Shown: piece after piece, positions 59,651 through 64,000 of the stretch
Numbering within the stretch: the first letter of the stretch is position 1
How the letters are laid out: the number at the start of each line of letters is the position of its first letter
NCBI RefSeq assembly: GCF_964213995.1
Contig: NC_135808.1
Span: forward strand, 35,030,001-35,094,000
Reading direction: 5' to 3'
From: Mustelus asterias
Taxonomy: Eukaryota
Length of the DNA stretch: 64,000 nt
Notes under the pieces: model-generated
The model's database searches: none
Told to the model about the DNA's origin: nothing
What the model saw: only the letters and a program-made list of their open reading frames with translations
Made by a program: the position numbers and the translations under genes

Positions 59651-60566
59651 CAGATGACAGCGCAGTATTAGCACTGCTGCCTCACAGCATCAGGGACTGG
59701 AATTTGCACGTTTTCCCTGTGTCTGCGTGGGTTTTCTCCGGCTGCTCCGGTTTCTTCCCACAGTCCAAACGTGCAGGTTACGTGGATTGACCATAATCAA
59801 TGTGCGGGGTTACCAGGATAGGCAGAGGGAATGGGCCTTGGTGGAGTGCTCTTTTGGAGGATCATTGCAGACTTAATAGGCCAAATAGCCTCCTTCTGCA
59901 CTGTAGGGATTCTATGGATAGAAATATATACCTACATATATGGTAGATCAGAAGCTGAAGCCTTTCTAACCACTGATTGTCCTCTTGGTCAGAGTGGGAG
60001 TCAGTGAGTGACTTATACCTAATGCTGCACTGAAAGGATGCTGAGTTTATACAGGAGTTTCTATACATATTGATGTCTTCTATTGGTGATGTTTGGAGAG
60101 CTGGTCTGAAATTGACATTCTTGAAACGATTAAACTGATGGCGGGAGAGGTTGGAGACAGACACTGCTGAGACAGATAGTGCTTTAGAAGGATAGCTCCC
60201 CTGTGAGAGCACTGGAGGGTAAACAACACAGACAACTCAGTGTAAGGAAAGCAGGTGAGCCTTTCCAAATCCATTTGGAGGTGTCCTGTTTGGTGAGAGA
60301 GGAGAAGTGAAACAATCCTGGCACACGTCACACTGGAAGGATTGTATTCCATGTGACTTCACTGAGTTCCAACAACTGTGTAAAGGCTGTATTACAGAAT
60401 TCACACCGATATAGTCTCTCTCCTGTGTGTGTTGATGGGCCAGGAGATATGCAGATTGTGAGAAAACCTTTTCGTACACTGGTTTCTCTCCAGTGTGGAT
60501 CCTCTGGTGCTTTTGGAGGGTTGAAAACATCACCAACAATTTCTCACAAACCTCACACTTGAAGGT

Positions 60567-62090
60567 TTATTTCCCTGTGTGAATCCTCTGATGGAGCAGG
60601 AGTTTAGATGACTGCGAGAATGATTTGTCACACACTTCACACTTGAATGGTTTCTCTCCTGTGTGAATATATCGGTGTCTGTGGAGGTTTGCTGGCTCTG
60701 AGAATGATTTATCACATACCGTGCATGTGAATGGCTTCTCCCCTGTGTGAATTCGCTGATGGTGTAAGAGTTTTGATGACTGTGAGAACGATTTGGCACA
60801 TAGTTCACACGTAAATGGTCTCTCCCCAGTGTGAATGCGTTGGTGTACACGGAGGTTTGATGACCGTGAAAATGATTTGTCGCACACCTCACATGTGAAG
60901 GGTTTCTCACCTGTGTGAATCCTCTGGTGCGTCAGGAGATCAGAGAAATAAGTGAACGCAGTGCCACAAATGTCACATCTGAAGGGTTTCTCCCCCGTGT
61001 GAATGCGTTGATGCGCATGGAGGGCTGATGACCACGAGAATGATTTGTTGCACACCTCACACATGAATGGCTTCTCCCCTGTGTGAGTGCGTTGGTGTGC
61101 ACGGAGGGATGATGAGTCCGAGAAGTGTTTATCACACAGCTTGCATGTGAATGGCTTCTCCCCTGTGTGAATACGTTGGTGTGCACGGAGGGCTGATGAC
61201 CAGGAGAATGACTTATCACACACGTCACATGTGAATGGCTTTTCCCCGGTGTGAAGGCGTTTATGTACAAGGAGGTTCGATAATCGCGAAAATGATTTGC
61301 TACACATCTTACACATGAATGGTTTCTCCCCTGTGTGAACGCGTTTGTGTGCACGGAGGATCGCTGAGTCCGAGAAAGATTTGTTGCAAACTTCACACGT
61401 GAATGGTTTCTCTCCGGTATGATTACGTTGGTGTACATGGAGGGCTGATGAAGCCAAGAATGATTTGTTGCACAACTTGCAGGTGAATGGTTTCTCCCCT
61501 GTGTGAACATATTGGTGTTTGCGGAGGGCAGCTGACCGCGAGAATGATTTGTTGCAAACCTCGCATGTGAATGGGTTCTCCCCTGTGTGAATACGTTCAT
61601 GTACTCGGAGGGTTGATGAGGCTGAGAATGATTTGTCACAAACGTGGCACATGAATGGTTTCTCTCCTGTGTGTGTGCGTTGGTGCGCATGGAGGCTCGA
61701 TGAACGTGAGAATGATTTGTCACACACCTCGCATGTGAATGGTTTCTCCCCTGTGTGGATCCTCTGGTGGATCAAGAGATCGGAGGAGTTGGTAAAGGCT
61801 GTCTCACAAACCTCACACCTGAAAGGTTTCTCCCCTGTGTGAATGCGTTCATGTGCGCTAAGGGCTGATGAACATAAGAATGATTTTTCACACACCTCAC
61901 ACTTGAATGGTTTCTCAGCTGTGTGAATCCGTCTGTGTCTGCGGAGGCTCGATGACTGCGAGAATGATTTGTCACACACCTCACACTTGAATGGTTTTGC
62001 CCCATTGTGAATGTGATGTTGATTCTTGAATGTCGGTGATTGTTTGTGGGCTTGTCTGCACACCCCAAAATTGAACTGTTTTTGTTCCAT
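60567..62090 (-). CDS. Tandem C2H2 zinc-finger protein C (17 fingers plus one degenerate N-terminal finger)
   Basis: 17 canonical fingers. Stop TAA lies inside the linker (TGK*TFKC). Acceptor at 62564-62563. Confidence 0.92.
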   Translation of the reverse strand: MEQKQFNFGVCRQAHKQSPTFKNQHHIHNGAKPFKCEVCDKSFSQSSSLRRHRRIHTAEKPFKCEVCEKSFLCSSALSAHERIHTGEKPFRCEVCETAFTNSSDLLIHQRIHTGEKPFTCEVCDKSFSRSSSLHAHQRTHTGEKPFMCHVCDKSFSASSTLRVHERIHTGENPFTCEVCNKSFSRSAALRKHQYVHTGEKPFTCKLCNKSFLASSALHVHQRNHTGEKPFTCEVCNKSFSDSAILRAHKRVHTGEKPFMCKMCSKSFSRLSNLLVHKRLHTGEKPFTCDVCDKSFSWSSALRAHQRIHTGEKPFTCKLCDKHFSDSSSLRAHQRTHTGEKPFMCEVCNKSFSWSSALHAHQRIHTGEKPFRCDICGTAFTYFSDLLTHQRIHTGEKPFTCEVCDKSFSRSSNLRVHQRIHTGERPFTCELCAKSFSQSSKLLHHQRIHTGEKPFTCTVCDKSFSEPANLHRHRYIHTGEKPFKCEVCDKSFSQSSKLLLHQRIHTGK

Positions 62091-63550
62091 GTAGCTGCTC
62101 TTCTGTTACTGGTGGGACAACAGGTCCACCTTGCTTGTTAGCAGATTTTATGAGCCTGTGCAGTCCTCCTCCCACACTTGAACAGGCTCTCACTTATAAG
62201 AATGAGTCAGTGGTTTATGAGGTTCAATGAATGATTGAAGCTCTCACCACACTTGGAGCCCGCTCACACTTCTTCCCAGCCTCACCCTGATCGATCACCC
62301 ACAGCTGAACCTACAGAAAGGTTGGTTCTGATGGGAGGTTCCACACCACTGACCAGTTTCAGATCTGATGATATGTCAAAGCTTCCCTGACCTGACCGAT
62401 TTCCAGATGATGGTTTCACTGCCCAGCCTTCTGCGTTGAGCAATGCTGTGAAGGGATTGGATATCTTTCCACAGTTGTGTAGTTATTCCTTGGACAATGG
62501 TCAGTATCGATCTGTGGTGTCTATCCTCTCTGTATTCTCTGGTGTAGTACGGTGCAATCCTTCTGTAAAACAGGAAAAGGAAACATGATTTCCTCCAACT
62601 CCCTCTCGTCCTTTGCTGAAAGGGCTGGCTCCTCAGTTAGAAACTGTTCCAGTGAATGCCAGTCTGCTATTCCCCTGTGTGAGGAGAAGATACAAGCCTT
62701 TTCTTTTTCATCACTTGATTGTCACACACCCTCTATTTCCAACAGGGACATTGGACAGTGATTAGGAGCAACAACGTGGCTACTTTCTTTCCTCCACCCT
62801 GACCCCATCTACCCAGACACTGTGAGGGCAATGGAAAAGGCAGTCAGGTGGAGTGTAAAATGAACTATCAATTCACTTGAGCTCGAGTCATGCTGGCAAA
62901 AATCAGTTTTACTCTTTGGTTATGGGTTTCATATAAAAACACTCAGGAGAAATGTTAATTGAACGGAGATTTTGAAATTTCTCCCCTTAATTTTCCAAAA
63001 TTATTTGAAGAAAACACTGGATATGAAGTGCTAGAAGCTAAGGAAAATATTGCTTCAGTGTAACTGACTGAAGGATTCTGTTTTATCCTGGGAAATTAGA
63101 TACACTGCACACACTCAGACTGCACATCCCAAATTCAGCTATCAGACAAGCACTGGGCAAAACTATCAAATCCAAGCCCAGTCTTTTGATAAAGGCTGAG
63201 GCCTTCAGGTAAAATCTTTAAAGAAGACATTAAAATACATTTCAATAAATGTGACTCTGCCCCTCCCAGATAATTACACCTCACTGTCTCATATTCAGCA
63301 ATGACCCATCAACAAAACTCAGCCTCTAAATCAGAAGGGAAATGCTTCCAATAAACACACTCAATATCCAACACACAGCTCCAATCAAACAGCTCAGCAC
63401 AAAGCACCGAGTAAACAGGTCTCTCAGCTGGATCTTCTCACACAGCATAAGGGGCATTTCCACACCTGATTCCCCACAGGATAGTCAGACTGCCTGAACA
63501 TTAGTGTGGAGATTATGCAATGTAATTATAAATTCTGCTCCTTCACTCAC

Positions 63551-64000
63551 CATCTCCTCACTTGGTTTTCAGTCCCTACAGGAAGTGAAGCAGCTGTGAA
63601 AGAGGAAGAGGAGAGAATGGACAGAGTGGGTGGGCTCTCTGATTGAAGTCTCTCACAGCCAATCCAAATATTTCTGGAGTAACATGAGTTTCCTGAAGCT
63701 TGGGAAACTGACCGGTGAAACGGAGGTGACTGAGCATCAGATCAGATGGGGATTTAAACTTGTCATTGTCCCATCTGAATAAAACCTCACTTATTGCAGC
63801 TGCTGTCTCAATTCGCCTGGTAAATGTTTGACAGAGATTTCTAGTGTGGGAATAGCATTCTTCATCCTCGGAGGCTTTCAAACTGACAACATCAGTGTGG
63901 GTTGTGTAGCCTCGGATATGTTTGACAGCAGATCAGAAGAGGAAGACCCACAGCATCCAAGGCAGCGATGATGTGCAGTGGTAGGATTAGCACATGTACA
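63551..64000 (-). promoter_or_regulatory. Putative promoter and short first exon of ZNF C
   Basis: Paralogue of 10336-10790. Donor conserved; CRE core mutated (TGAAGTC). Confidence 0.6.

Overview
Repeat-rich eukaryotic genomic DNA, almost certainly from a cartilaginous fish. The evidence is HE1-type SINEs sharing a 3' tail with CR1/HER1-type LINEs, a Deu-domain SINE, and an MHC class I heavy chain of shark UAA type. Main content: (1) an intact, full-length, potentially active CR1 LINE (223-4664) with tandem 5' monomers and a correctly phased UUUAAAC slippery site between ORF1 and ORF2. The same site is conserved in a second, divergent CR1 whose ORF2 has no AUG before the endonuclease motif. 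(2) Three paralogous minus-strand cassettes encoding C2H2 zinc-finger proteins with no recognisable effector domain (9, 15 and 17 fingers). They share promoter/leader and 3' modules. (3) A ~37 kb block wedged between two copies of the ZNF 3' module. It carries a plus-strand multi-exon MHC class I gene (33904-42857) with all classical peptide-anchoring residues, but also a GC donor after alpha2 and an in-frame TGA just before the transmembrane segment. (4) Deeply nested CR1 insertions with resolvable target-site duplications (TSDs), Penelope-derived hairpin elements with hammerhead-ribozyme cores, a 33-bp intronic minisatellite, and a template-switch-like rearrangement scar. Coordinates were read by eye; family names are recognised from memory, not from database searches.
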